Of a DNA stretch of 64,000 nucleotides, positions 26,727 to 36,443 are shown piece by piece; positions within the stretch are counted from its first letter, which is position 1, and every line of letters starts with the position of its first letter. A program made the position numbers and the translations under genes. This DNA is from an uncultured Actinomycetota bacterium (GTDB lineage Bacteria > Actinomycetota > Acidimicrobiia > Acidimicrobiales > Bog-793): contig CAVXWO010000006.1 in the NCBI GenBank assembly GCA_963765505.1, forward strand, positions 130,090-194,089, given 5' to 3'. The notes below the pieces were generated by a model that did no database searches, was not told where the DNA came from, and saw nothing but the letters and a program-made list of their open reading frames with translations.

Positions 26727-27668
26727 ATGGCCGTCGTCACCGTCGATGGGCTGCGCAAGCAGTACGGCCAGGTCGAGGCCGTGGCGGACGTGAGCTTCGA
26801 GGTCGAGCGGGGCGAGGTCTTCGCGCTGCTCGGTCCGAACGGGGCCGGCAAGACGACCGCGATCGAGATCCTCGAGGGCTTCCGGACCCGTGACGCCGGC
26901 CGCGTCGACGTGCTCGGCTTCGACCCGGCGGACCGCCGGCGCGACTTCCGCGAGCGCCTCGGCATCGTGCTCCAGGAGCTCGCCGTCGAGCCGATGCTCT
27001 CGGTCCGAGAGGTGCTGGAGCGCAATGCCGGGTTCTACCCCTCGCCGCGACGCGTCGACGAGGTGATCGAACTGGTGGGCCTGCGCGAGAAGTCGGATGC
27101 ACGTGTGAAGACGCTCTCGGGCGGCCAGCAGCGCCGGCTCGACGTCGGCCTCGGCATCGTCGGCAACCCGGAGCTCATGTTCCTCGACGAGCCGACCACG
27201 GGCTTCGACCCCTCGGCGCGACGCGGCGCGTGGAGCTCGTGCGAGCGCTGACCGGCGGGGGCACGACGGTCATCTTGACGACGCACTACCTGGACGAGGC
27301 GGAGGAGCTCGCCGACCGGGCCGCGGTGATCGTGCGCGGGCGGATCGTCGCGATCGGGCCGCCGCGCTCGCTCGGCGGCCCGACGTCGGGGAGGCCACCA
27401 TCCGTTTCCACCTGCCGGACGGCGCCCCCCGTCCCGAGCTGCGGGTGGCGACACGCGCCGGCACCGGCGGCGACCTCGAGATCTCGACCGACGACGAGGT
27501 GGCCGTGCTCCACGAGCTCACTGGCTGGTCGCTCGAGCGGCGCGTCCCGCTCCACGGGCTCAGTGTCGAACGGCTCACACTCGAGGACGTCTACCTCCGA
27601 CTCGTGGGGACACCGCCCACAGCACCCACGACGCCCACGCGAGCACCGACGCCGGGCTGCGGGGATGA
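26727..27668 (+). pseudogene. ABC transporter ATP-binding protein (ABC-2/DrrA-like); frame broken near 27230, 27375 and 27606
   Basis: It has Walker A GPNGAGKTT, the signature LSGGQQRRL, Walker B LMFLDEPTTGFD, then TVILTTHYLDEAEELA and LTLEDVYLRL in other frames. The restored last frame ends in TGA 27666-27668, overlapping the permease ATG (ATGA). Confidence 0.85.
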
Positions 27669-28463
27669 CCGTCACCCCGACGGTGAAGCGCGCTTCGGCC
27701 CACGACCTCTACCTCGTCGGGCGTCAGGTCCACTACGAGCAGCTGGCCTTCTGGCGCAACCCCTTCGGCGCCATCTTCACCGTCGGCTTCTCGGTGGTCT
27801 TCCTGCTGCTGCTCGCCGCGGGGGTGGCACGTCACGCGTCAGCTACCTCGGCGACATCAGGCTGATCCAGTACTACGTGCCGGGCTTCGCCGCCTACGGC
27901 GTGATGTCGGCCTGCTTCAACATGCTCGGCATCCAGCTCGTCATCCGCCGCGAGACCGGGCTGCTGAAGCGGCTACGACTGAGCCCCCTGCCCACCTGGA
28001 CCCTCTGTCGGGCATCTTCGTCAACGCCGCGATCATCTCGGCGATCCAGGTCGTGCTGCTGTTCGTCATCGGCCGCTTCGCCTACAACGTCCATCTCCCC
28101 CACAACTACGCGGCGCTGGTCCTCGCGCTCGTCGTCGGGGTGCTCTGCTTCACGGCGCTCGGGGTCGCGATCTCGACGGTGATCCCGAACCAGGAGGCGG
28201 CGGGCCCGATCATCAGCATCGTCTACTTCGTCCTGCTGTTCCTCTCGGGGCTGTGGTTCCCGCTGAAGCCCGGGTCGTCGTTGGCGCAGATCTCGGCGTA
28301 CTTCCCCGTGCGCCACCTCATCCTGGCGGTCTTCGCGCCCTTCGAGCTGGTGCCCGGGGCGTCCCCCTGGGCGTGGCACGACCTCCTCGTCATGGCGATC
28401 TGGGGCGTCGGTGCCTCCGTGGTCGCGCTGCGCCGGTTCCGCTGGGAGCCGCGGCGCGCCTGA
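27665..28463 (+). pseudogene. ABC-2 type transporter permease; frame broken near 27822 and 28000
   Basis: Three frames read MTVTPTVKRASAHDLYLVGRQVHYEQLAFWRNPF..., then IQYYVPGFAAYGVMSACFNMLGIQLVIRRETGLLKRLRLSPLP, then ORF 28053..28463 (hydrophobic C-terminal half). Confidence 0.7.
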
Positions 28464-28489
28464 TCGCGACCGGCTCCAGATCCTCACAA

Positions 28490-29113
28490 TCAGCTGAGGG
28501 CTGCGACGACGCGCCCGAAGGCGAGGGCGCCTTCGCGGACGCAGCGCGGCTCCGGGCCCGTCAGCGAGACGACGGTGGACGGCATACTGTCGCAGCGTCC
28601 GCCGTCCACGACCGTCGCCACGGCGCGACCGAAGAGCGCTCGAACCTCGGCCGCGGTGACGCACGGCGCGTCGCCGTGGCGGTTGGCGCTCGTCACCGCC
28701 AGCGGCCCGAGCTGGCGCGCCAGACGCCGGACCAGCTCGTTGTCCGGACAGCGCAGACCGACGGTCGACGGATCCCCGCCGAGGCCGAGGGGCGCCGCGC
28801 GGGCACGGCGGACGACGACGGTGAGCGGGCCCGGCCAGAACGCCCGGGCCAGCGCCGCCAGCCCCCGCCCCGAGCCGTCGGAGCGGTCGATGAGCCCGAG
28901 GGCCTGGTCGAGGTCGGCGACGAGCACCGGGAGCGCCACCTCCTCCGGCCGCTCCTTCAGCGCGCACAGCCGCGTGCAGGCCTCGGGCAGGCGGGCGAGC
29001 GCGGCGATCCCGTAGACGGTGTCGGTGGGCAGGCCGACCACCTCGCCACGCGCCAAGGCGGCAGCCGCGCGCTCGACCTCAGCGTCGGGTACCGCTCCGG
29101 CGCCGCTCACCAT
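28490..29113 (-). CDS. tsaC: L-threonylcarbamoyladenylate synthase (TsaC/YrdC/Sua5 domain)
   Basis: This is the C-terminal 207 aa of ORF 28490..29446, with GEVVGLPTDTVYGIAA, WPGPLTVVV, LAVTSANRHG and MPSTVVSL. ATG 29113 overlaps the prmC stop. Confidence 0.85.
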   Translation of the reverse strand: MVSGAGAVPDAEVERAAAALARGEVVGLPTDTVYGIAALARLPEACTRLCALKERPEEVALPVLVADLDQALGLIDRSDGSGRGLAALARAFWPGPLTVVVRRARAAPLGLGGDPSTVGLRCPDNELVRRLARQLGPLAVTSANRHGDAPCVTAAEVRALFGRAVATVVDGGRCDSMPSTVVSLTGPEPRCVREGALAFGRVVAALS

Positions 29114-30018
29114 CGAGCGACGAGCAGCCGTTCCCGGCCGGCGAGGTCGGTGAGCACCTCCATCTCCTGGGCGCCGGCTCGCGCCGCCATGCGCAGCGCC
29201 GCGCCGGCTTGGTGCGGCGCCAGCTCGACGACCGCCGAGCCGGCGGCGCCGAGCACGGCGGGGGCGCCGGCGAGCACCGACTCGAGCGCCTCCAGGCCGG
29301 TCGGCCCGGCCACGAGGGCCCCTTTCGGGTCGAAGTCGCGCACCACCGGATCGAGCCCGTCCCACTCCGCCTCGGCCAGGTACGGGGGGTTGGCGACGAC
29401 GAGGTCCACCGCGCCGACGAGCGCCGGGTCGAGCGGCGCGTACCACTCACCCTCCGCCAGGACCAGGCGCTCGGCGTCGGCAGGGCGCAGCCGGGCGCGG
29501 TTGGCCGCGGCGAGCTGGAGGGCGGCCGGCGAGCGGTCGATGCCGACCACCGTCACGGCGGGGCACTCGGTGACGAGGGCGCACGCGATCGCCCCGGATC
29601 CCGTACCGAGGTCGAGCGCGAGGAGTCCGCCGCCCGGGCGCGCCACCCGCGACGCCGCGCCGGCGCCCGCCGGCGCCGCCGCGCCCTCGGGGCGGCGCGC
29701 CCAGAGGCGCTCGAGCTCGGTGAGCGCCTGGCCGGCGACGACCTCGGTCTCCGGTCGCGGCACCAGGGCACGCCCGTCGACGAGCAGCTCGAGGGTCCGG
29801 AACGACCAGTGGCCGAGGACGTGCTGGAGCGGCTCACCGCCCTGGCGGCGCTCGAGGAGGGTCGCGAACGTCTGGCGCTCCCGGGGCGAAGGGGTCTGAT
29901 CGAGGCGGGCGAGCAACGACGAGAAGGACGCCCCGGCGGCCTCCTCGGCGAGCCGCCTCGCCTCCCACGTGTCGCCGAGGGAGGCGGCGGCGCCCGCCAG
30001 CAGCTCCCGCCAGGTCAC
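29107..30018 (-). CDS. prmC: release-factor glutamine N5-methyltransferase PrmC/HemK
   Basis: ORF 29107..30018 has the SAM motif LDLGTGSGAI, the catalytic NPPY (VVANPPYL) and lies downstream of prfA. Confidence 0.9.
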   Translation of the reverse strand: MTWRELLAGAAASLGDTWEARRLAEEAAGASFSSLLARLDQTPSPRERQTFATLLERRQGGEPLQHVLGHWSFRTLELLVDGRALVPRPETEVVAGQALTELERLWARRPEGAAAPAGAGAASRVARPGGGLLALDLGTGSGAIACALVTECPAVTVVGIDRSPAALQLAAANRARLRPADAERLVLAEGEWYAPLDPALVGAVDLVVANPPYLAEAEWDGLDPVVRDFDPKGALVAGPTGLEALESVLAGAPAVLGAAGSAVVELAPHQAGAALRMAARAGAQEMEVLTDLAGRERLLVARW

Positions 30019-31085
30019 GAGTCGTCGCCGAGCTGGCGCGCCCGCTCGTCCGCGACGAGGGCATCGACCAGCTCGTCGAGGTCGCCCTGCAGGACGCGAT
30101 CGAGCTTGTGGAGGGTGACGCCGATGCGGTGGTCGGTGACCCGGTTCTCCTTGAAGTTGTACGTCCGGATCTTCTCGGAGCGCCCGCCGCTGCCCACCTG
30201 GTCCCGGCGCGCCTGGGACAGCTCCGCGGCCTGGCGGTCCTGCTCCGCCTTGAGCAGCCGGGCGCGCAGCACCTGGAGGGCCTTGGCACGGTTCTGGATC
30301 TGGCTCTTCTCGTCCTGCATCGCCACGACGATACCGGTCGGCAGGTGGGTGATGCGCACCGCCGAGTCGGTCGTGTTCACGGACTGGCCGCCCGGGCCCG
30401 TCGAGCGGTAGACGTCGATCCGCAGGTCGTCCGGGTCGATCTCGACCTCCACCTCCTCGGCCTCGGGCAGGACCGTGACGGCGGCCGAGGAGGTGTGGAC
30501 GCGGCCCTGTGACTCGGTGACGGGGACCCGCTGGACCCGGTGCGGGCCCGCCTCGTGCTTCAGCCGCCGCCAGGCGTCGTCGCCCTTGACGAGGAAGGTG
30601 GCCTCGTCGATCCCCCCGAGATCGGAGGGCTGCAGCTCAAGCACCTCGACGTGCCAGTGGCGCCGGTCGGCGTAGCGGAGGTACATGTCGTAGAGGTCCT
30701 TGGCGAAGAGGTTGGCCTCCTCCCCGCCCTCGGCGCCGCGGATCGCCATGATGACGTTGCGCCCGTCGTTCGGGTCCCGTGGCAGCAGCAGCTCGCGCAG
30801 CTCCGTCTGCGCCGCGACGACGCGCTTCTCAGCCTCGGCCAGCTCGGAGCGTCCGAGCTCGCGCTCCTCCGCGGGGGCGTCCTGGAGCATCTCGCGGGCG
30901 GCCTCGAGGTCACCCGACGCCGAGCGGAGCTCGTGGATCGCCCGGACGATCTCGTCCAGCTCCTTGTGCCGGCGGGAGGCGTCCCGAAAGGCCTTCCGGT
31001 CGCTCACGAGCGCGGGGTCGGCGAGGCGCGCCAGCACCTCCTCGTACTCCCGCTCGAGCTGCGCGTACCGTCCTGGCTCTTCCAC
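30015..31085 (-). CDS. prfA: peptide chain release factor 1
   Basis: ORF 30015..31085 is intact, with GGQ (STGPGGQSVNTTDSAVRITHLPTG) and the RF1-type tripeptide region PVTESQGRVHTS. Confidence 0.97.
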   Translation of the reverse strand: MEEPGRYAQLEREYEEVLARLADPALVSDRKAFRDASRRHKELDEIVRAIHELRSASGDLEAAREMLQDAPAEERELGRSELAEAEKRVVAAQTELRELLLPRDPNDGRNVIMAIRGAEGGEEANLFAKDLYDMYLRYADRRHWHVEVLELQPSDLGGIDEATFLVKGDDAWRRLKHEAGPHRVQRVPVTESQGRVHTSSAAVTVLPEAEEVEVEIDPDDLRIDVYRSTGPGGQSVNTTDSAVRITHLPTGIVVAMQDEKSQIQNRAKALQVLRARLLKAEQDRQAAELSQARRDQVGSGGRSEKIRTYNFKENRVTDHRIGVTLHKLDRVLQGDLDELVDALVADERARQLGDDS

Positions 31086-31107
31086 GAGCTCAGGCTACCG
31101 GCGAGCA

Positions 31108-31135
31108 CCGTGACCGCCGTGATCGGCGGTCACGG
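31108..31135 (-). terminator. perfect 12-bp stem / 4-nt loop hairpin between rpmE and prfA (terminator or attenuator-like, no U-tract)
   Basis: ccgtgaccgccg-tgat-cggcggtcacgg read directly from the sequence. It lies 48 nt after the rpmE stop and 22 nt before the prfA GTG. Confidence 0.4.
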
Positions 31136-31182
31136 GAGGGCACGGCGCGGCGCCGGCGCGGCAGCCCGGCGAGCGGCCTCCT

Positions 31183-31394
31183 TCAGCGCTTGGCGGGGCG
31201 ACGGCCGTAGCGGCGCTCGAAGCGCTCCACCCGGCCTCCGGTGTCGACGAGCTTCTGCTTGCCCGTGTAGAAGGGGTGGCACTCGTTGCAGAGCTCGACG
31301 TGCAGCTCGGTCTTCGTCGAGCGGGTCGTGAAGGTGTTCCCGCAGGAGCAGTTCACCGTGGCGTCGACGTAGTTGGGGTGGAGTTCTGCTTCAT
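31183..31394 (-). pseudogene. rpmE: 50S ribosomal protein L31 (Zn-ribbon C+ type); frame broken about 10 nt after the ATG
   Basis: Not in the ORF track. My translation gives ATG AAG CAG AA..., then in the next frame [66 protein letters not shown]. The RBS ggagg lies 5 nt upstream. Confidence 0.85.
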
Positions 31395-31503
31395 GGGACC
31401 TCCATCGTACCGGGGCGCCGCGGGAGCGCCATTTCCCACGCTCGCGGTGCGCGGGCAGGACAACGTGCCCGCCGCGGCGGGCATTCCCGGGGCGCCCGCC
31501 CGG

Positions 31504-33567
31504 TCAGGCCGTGGCGACTGGCGCCTTGGCGATCTCGGCCAGGAACTCGTCGTTCGACCGGGTGGTGCGGATCTTGTCCATCAGCAGCTCCAGGCCGGCG
31601 GCGGCGTTGCCCTCGCTGGCGAGCGCGTTGAGCACCCGGCGCAGCTTCCAGACCTGCTGGAGCTGGGAGCGGTCGAACAGGAGCTCCTCGTGGCGGGTGG
31701 AGCTGGCGTTCACGTCGATCGCCGGGTAGATCCGCCGCTCGGCGAGACGCCGGTCGAGGCGCAGCTCCATGTTGCCGGTGCCCTTGAACTCCTCGAAGAT
31801 CACCTCGTCCATCTTCGAACCGGTCTCCACGAGCGCCGTGGCGAGGATGGTGAGCGAGCCACCCTCCTCGATGTTGCGCGCCGCGCCGAAGAACTTCTTC
31901 GGCGGGTACAGCGCCCCGGAGTCGACGCCACCCGACATGATGCGGCCGGTCGCCGGCTGCGGCGAGGTTGTAGGCACGGGCCAGGCGGGTGATGCCGTCG
32001 AGGATGATCACGACGTCCCGGCCCAGCTCGACCAGGCGCTTGGCCCGCTCGATGGCGAGCTCGGCGACGGCCGTGTGCTCGTCGGCAGGGCGGTCGAAGG
32101 TGGAGGCGACGACCTCGCCCCGCACCGAGCGGCGCATGTCGGTGACCTCCTCGGGACGCTCGTCGACGAGCAGGACGATGAGGTGGACGTCGGGGTTGTT
32201 CGCCTCGATCGAATGGGCGATCTGCTTCATGACCGTCGTCTTGCCCGCCTTCGGCGGCGAGACGATCAGGCCGCGCTGGCCCTTGCCGATCGGCGAGATC
32301 AGGTCGACGATGCGCGCCGTCAGGTTGGCCGGGTCGCCGGGCAGCTCAAGGCGCAGCGTCGAGTCGGGGAAGAGGGGCGTGAGGTCCTCGAAGCGGGGCC
32401 GCTGGCGCGCCTCGTCGGGCGAGAGCCCTCCCACGGAGTCGATGCGGATGAGCGCCGGGTACTTCTCGCTCGGGCCGGCCGGCCGGCACGCCCCTTCGAT
32501 CGCGTCGCCCTTGCCGGAGGGCGAGGCGCCTGGCCTGGCTCACCGAGACGTAGACGTCCTTCGGGCTCGCCAGGTAGCCGCTCGTGCGCAGGAAGCCGTA
32601 GCCCTCCTCGCGCAGGTCGAGCAGGCCCTTGACCGGCACGAGCTCACCCTGCCAGGGGACCTCCGGGCCGCCCTGGACCTCGCCCCGCTCGCCCCGCTCG
32701 CGGCCGCGGCGCCGGCGGCTCCGGCGGTTGCCGGCCTCGCCCTGGCTGCCGCCGTGCTGAGCGCCGTTCTGCTGGTTCTGCTGGCTCTGCGAACGGCCGC
32801 CTTCGCGATCCCGGCTGGTGTTGCCCGGCGCGCGCCCGGCACCGCCGGGCTGGCTCGCACGCGACTCGGCAGCGTCGCCGCCCGCCGTGGCCGGCGCCGG
32901 GGCGGCCGACGACGCGGTGGAGTCGCCCGCAGAGGCGTCGTTCCCCGAGGCGTCGGCGCCACCGGGGGCGGGCCCCTCGTTCCCGGCGGCGAGCTCGGCC
33001 GTCGTCGACGGTGCGGCGGCGGTGACCCCGGCTCCGGAACCCTCGCCCGTGCCGTCTGATGCCGCTCCGTCCGGCGGGACCTCCCGGTCACGACCGCCGC
33101 CCTCGAACAGGGTCGCCTCGCGTGCCTCGCGGGACGCCGCGCTCGTGCTGGTGCTGCGGCGGGAGGACGGGGCGCGCCGGCGCGGTCCCGTCGTGGCCGG
33201 TGCCTCGTGCTCCGCCGGAGCGGCGCCCTCGGAGGCGTTGGCGCCGTCCGGCGCGGCTGGCGAGCGACGCCGACTCCGCCGTCGGGCCACTGCCGTTGGA
33301 CGAGATTGGCTCGGTGGCCGCGGTCGCGGCGCCATTCCCGGACGTCGCGGCACCGGCGTCGGACGCCTCGGCATGCGACGCTCCGTTGCCGGTGGCGCCG
33401 TCGGGCGCCCCTTCGACGTCCACGCCGGTCGCTCGAAGGATGAGGTCGATGATGTCGGCCTTCTTCGAGCGGGCGGTCGCCTTCAGCGACATCGCCGAGG
33501 CTATGGCATGGAGCTCGTCGCGTTCCTTGCGTTCGAGGATCGAGCGCTCGAGCTGCTCTCCGGCCAT
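31504..33567 (-). pseudogene. rho: transcription termination factor Rho with a ~255-aa low-complexity N-terminal insertion; frame broken near 33255, 32517 and 31960
   Basis: MAGEQLERSILERKERDELHAIASAMSLK (ORF 33088..33618) is followed by the insertion and [21 protein letters not shown] (ORF 32346..33374). Walker [10 protein letters not shown] and [14 protein letters not shown] are in ORF 31391..32434. [21 protein letters not shown]...[15 protein letters not shown] is in ORF 31504..31977. Confidence 0.95.
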
Positions 33568-33954
33568 CAGGTCTACTCCTGGTCTCTCAATGTTTGGCTT
33601 CCGCATCCGGGACCGCACGCCGAGTGCTGTGGCCGTCGACCGCCCCGAAGGCGGCGGGCAGGCGACAGGTGCGTCGACTCCCGCCGGGCGCTCCGGCCGA
33701 GGTCGGAGGTCACGGGCGAGGCCCTAGCGCCGACAAGGTACCGCCAGACGGCTCTCTAGCCGCCAACGGTGCCCGACGGGCACCTCAGGAAGTGGTACGG
33801 GGTGCGATCCTGCAGGACTCCGGGATCTCCCTGTCCCCCGCCGGAAGACCGCGCGTGACGGCCGTCGGATCGGGAGGTGGTGCTTGCAGTGTACCGGTTT
33901 CCGTCCTGACGGGCAACATCATCCTGGCTGGTCCCCGGCGCGACAGCACAGCCG

Positions 33955-35049
33955 TCACAGCTCGAGGGCGCTGGCGACCGCCTCGAACGTGGCGTCGACG
34001 GTCGGGGGCACGCTCACCTGGCTGATCGCGAGGTCCGGGTCCTTCAGGCCGTGGCCGGTGAGGACGCAGACGACGGTGCGGACGCCATCACCCACGCCGT
34101 ACTTCAACAAGCCGGCGACGGCGGCCGCCGATGCCGCTTCACAGAATACCGACTCCTCGCTCGCGAGCAGCCGGTAGGCCTCGAGGATCTCCTCGTCGCT
34201 CACCGCCGCGATCCCGCCGCCCGACTCGGATGCCGCGGCCGTCGCTCCGTACCAGGAGGCGGGGTTGCCGATCCGGATCGCCGTGGCGACCGTCTCGGGG
34301 TGCTCGATGGCGTGGCCCTCGACGATCGGCGCGGCGCCCGCGGCCTGGAAGCCGAACATCCGGGGCAGGCGTGTCGAGAGACCGGCCGAGCGGTACTCGC
34401 AGTAGCCCTTCCAGTAGGCGGTGATGTTCCCGGCGTTGCCGACCGGGATGCACTGCGCGTCGGGCGCGTCGCCGAGGGCGTCGACGATCTCGAACGCGCC
34501 GGACTTCTGGCCCTCGATGCGGTAGGGGTTCACCGAGTTCACGACGACCACCGGCGCGCGCGACGGGAGCTCGCGCACGATCTCGAGCGCGACGTCGAAG
34601 TTCCCCCGGACCTGGAGCACCTGCGCCCCGTGGACGAGTGCCTGGGCGAGCTTGCCCAGCGCGATGTGGCCCTCGGGGATGAGCACCACGCACCGCATCC
34701 CCGCCCGTGCCGCGTAGGCCGCGGCCGAGGCGGAGGTGTTCCCCGTCGAGGCGCACACGACGGCCCGAGCGCCCTCCTCCAGGGCCTTCGACATCGCCAC
34801 CGTCATGCCACGGTCCTTGAAGGAACCCGTCGGGTTGGCCCCTTCGATCTTCAGGTAGACGTCCGCGCCGACACGCGCCGAGAGCCGGGGCGCCGGTAGC
34901 AGCGGAGTGCCGCCCTCGTGGAGCGTGACCACCGGCGTCGCGTCGCCGACGGGGAGGAAGTCGCGGTAGCGGCGGATCACGCCTTCCCAGGCACGGCCTT
35001 CGAAGGGGCCGGCGGCAGTCGCGACCTGTGGTCGCGGCTCGGTCGCCAC
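33955..35049 (-). CDS. thrC: threonine synthase
   Basis: ORF 33955..35049 is intact, with the PLP-lysine motif [20 protein letters not shown] and [12 protein letters not shown]. Confidence 0.95.
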   Translation of the reverse strand: MATEPRPQVATAAGPFEGRAWEGVIRRYRDFLPVGDATPVVTLHEGGTPLLPAPRLSARVGADVYLKIEGANPTGSFKDRGMTVAMSKALEEGARAVVCASTGNTSASAAAYAARAGMRCVVLIPEGHIALGKLAQALVHGAQVLQVRGNFDVALEIVRELPSRAPVVVVNSVNPYRIEGQKSGAFEIVDALGDAPDAQCIPVGNAGNITAYWKGYCEYRSAGLSTRLPRMFGFQAAGAAPIVEGHAIEHPETVATAIRIGNPASWYGATAAASESGGGIAAVSDEEILEAYRLLASEESVFCEAASAAAVAGLLKYGVGDGVRTVVCVLTGHGLKDPDLAISQVSVPPTVDATFEAVASALEL

Positions 35050-35057
35050 CGTGCCTC

Positions 35058-36407
35058 CTAGCGTTCCGGGCCGATGACGCGCAGCAGGCCCCCGATGCGC
35101 TCCACGGCCGGGACGTCGCGAAGGCCCGCAAGGGTCGCCTGGACGTCGGCCTCGCGGGCGATGTGGGTGATGAACACCAGCCTTGCCTCGTTCGCCAGCC
35201 CCACCTGCTCCATCGAGCGGATCGAGACGCCGTGGGCACCGAACACCGCCGCGACCTCCGAGAGGACGCCGGGCTGGTCGAGCACGTCGATCGTGACGTA
35301 GTACTGGGCCCGGAGCTCGTCGATCGGACGGATCTCGACGTGGTTGCGAAGCGCCGGGCGCGGCGGCGCCGAGCCGGCCAACCCCCGCGCCACCTCCAGC
35401 ACGTCGCCCAGCACGGCGCTCGCCGTCGGCCGGCCGCCGGCGCCCCTGCCGTAGAGCATGAGCTCGCCGGACGCCTCGCCCTCGACGAACACCGCGTTGA
35501 ACGCGCCCCGCACACCGGCGAGCGGGTGCTCCTTCGGGATCATCGCCGGGTGGACGCGCACGGCGATCGCGCCCGCGGAGGCGTCATCGCCGGATCCGTC
35601 CACGCGCTCGGCGACGGCGAGCAGCTTCACCTCGTAGCCGAGCCGCTTGGCGAACTCGATGTCGGCGACGTCGATCGCGTCGATCCCCTCCCGGTACACG
35701 TCGCCTGCGACGACCTCGGCGTTGAAGGCGATGCTGGCGAGGATCGCCGCCTTGGCGGAAGCGTCGTAGCCCTCCACGTCGGCCGTGGGATCGCGCTCGG
35801 CGTAGCCGAGGCTCTGCGCCTCGCGCAGCGCCTCGCCGTAGGCGATGCCTTCCTCGCTCATCCGGGACAGCACGTAGTTCGTCGTCCCGTTGACGATCCC
35901 CATGACGCGGCGCACCCGCTCCCCGGCCAGGGAGACCCTGAGCGTCCGCACGAGCGGGATCGCCCCGGCGACGGCCGCCTCAAAGGCCAGCTCGACCCCG
36001 GCGGCCGCGGCAGCCGCGTGCAGCTCCTCGCCGACGTTCGCGAGCAGCTCCTTGTTCGCCGTCACCACCGGTTTGCCGGCCTTCAACGCGGCGAGGATCA
36101 GGTTGCGCGCCGGCTCGATCCCGCCGATCAGCTCGACCACGAGGTCGACCGCGGGGTCGGTCGCGACGGCATGGGCGTCGTGGGTCAGGCGGTCCGCGCC
36201 GAGCGAGGCGGCGCGCGGCTTGGCGAGGCTGCGCACCGCGACGCGTGACACCTCGAGGTGGATCCCGGTCGCCTCGGCGATGGCATCCGCCTCGGTGTCG
36301 ATCAGCTCGACGAGGGCGCCGCCGACGTTGCCGCAGCCGAGCACGCCGACGCGGACGGTCCTCGCCGCGGACGCCACGTCGCCCCTCGCCTCAGTTGTCA
36401 CCGGCAC
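35058..36407 (-). CDS. hom: homoserine dehydrogenase (with C-terminal ACT domain)
   Basis: ORF 35058..36407 has the NAD motif [32 protein letters not shown] and an ACT-like C-terminus [17 protein letters not shown]. Confidence 0.95.
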   Translation of the reverse strand: MPVTTEARGDVASAARTVRVGVLGCGNVGGALVELIDTEADAIAEATGIHLEVSRVAVRSLAKPRAASLGADRLTHDAHAVATDPAVDLVVELIGGIEPARNLILAALKAGKPVVTANKELLANVGEELHAAAAAAGVELAFEAAVAGAIPLVRTLRVSLAGERVRRVMGIVNGTTNYVLSRMSEEGIAYGEALREAQSLGYAERDPTADVEGYDASAKAAILASIAFNAEVVAGDVYREGIDAIDVADIEFAKRLGYEVKLLAVAERVDGSGDDASAGAIAVRVHPAMIPKEHPLAGVRGAFNAVFVEGEASGELMLYGRGAGGRPTASAVLGDVLEVARGLAGSAPPRPALRNHVEIRPIDELRAQYYVTIDVLDQPGVLSEVAAVFGAHGVSIRSMEQVGLANEARLVFITHIAREADVQATLAGLRDVPAVERIGGLLRVIGPER

Positions 36408-36443
36408 AAGGTAGCCAACGCCGGCGAACGCCTGCGCCGGGCC

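Noticed and set aside
30015-31394. Programmed frameshifting at the release-factor / rpmE locus
   Set aside because: The release factor here is RF1 (PVT-type, intact single frame), not RF2 with its programmed +1 site. The rpmE break is a simple one-base loss 10 nt after the ATG, of the same kind as about 30 others in the window.
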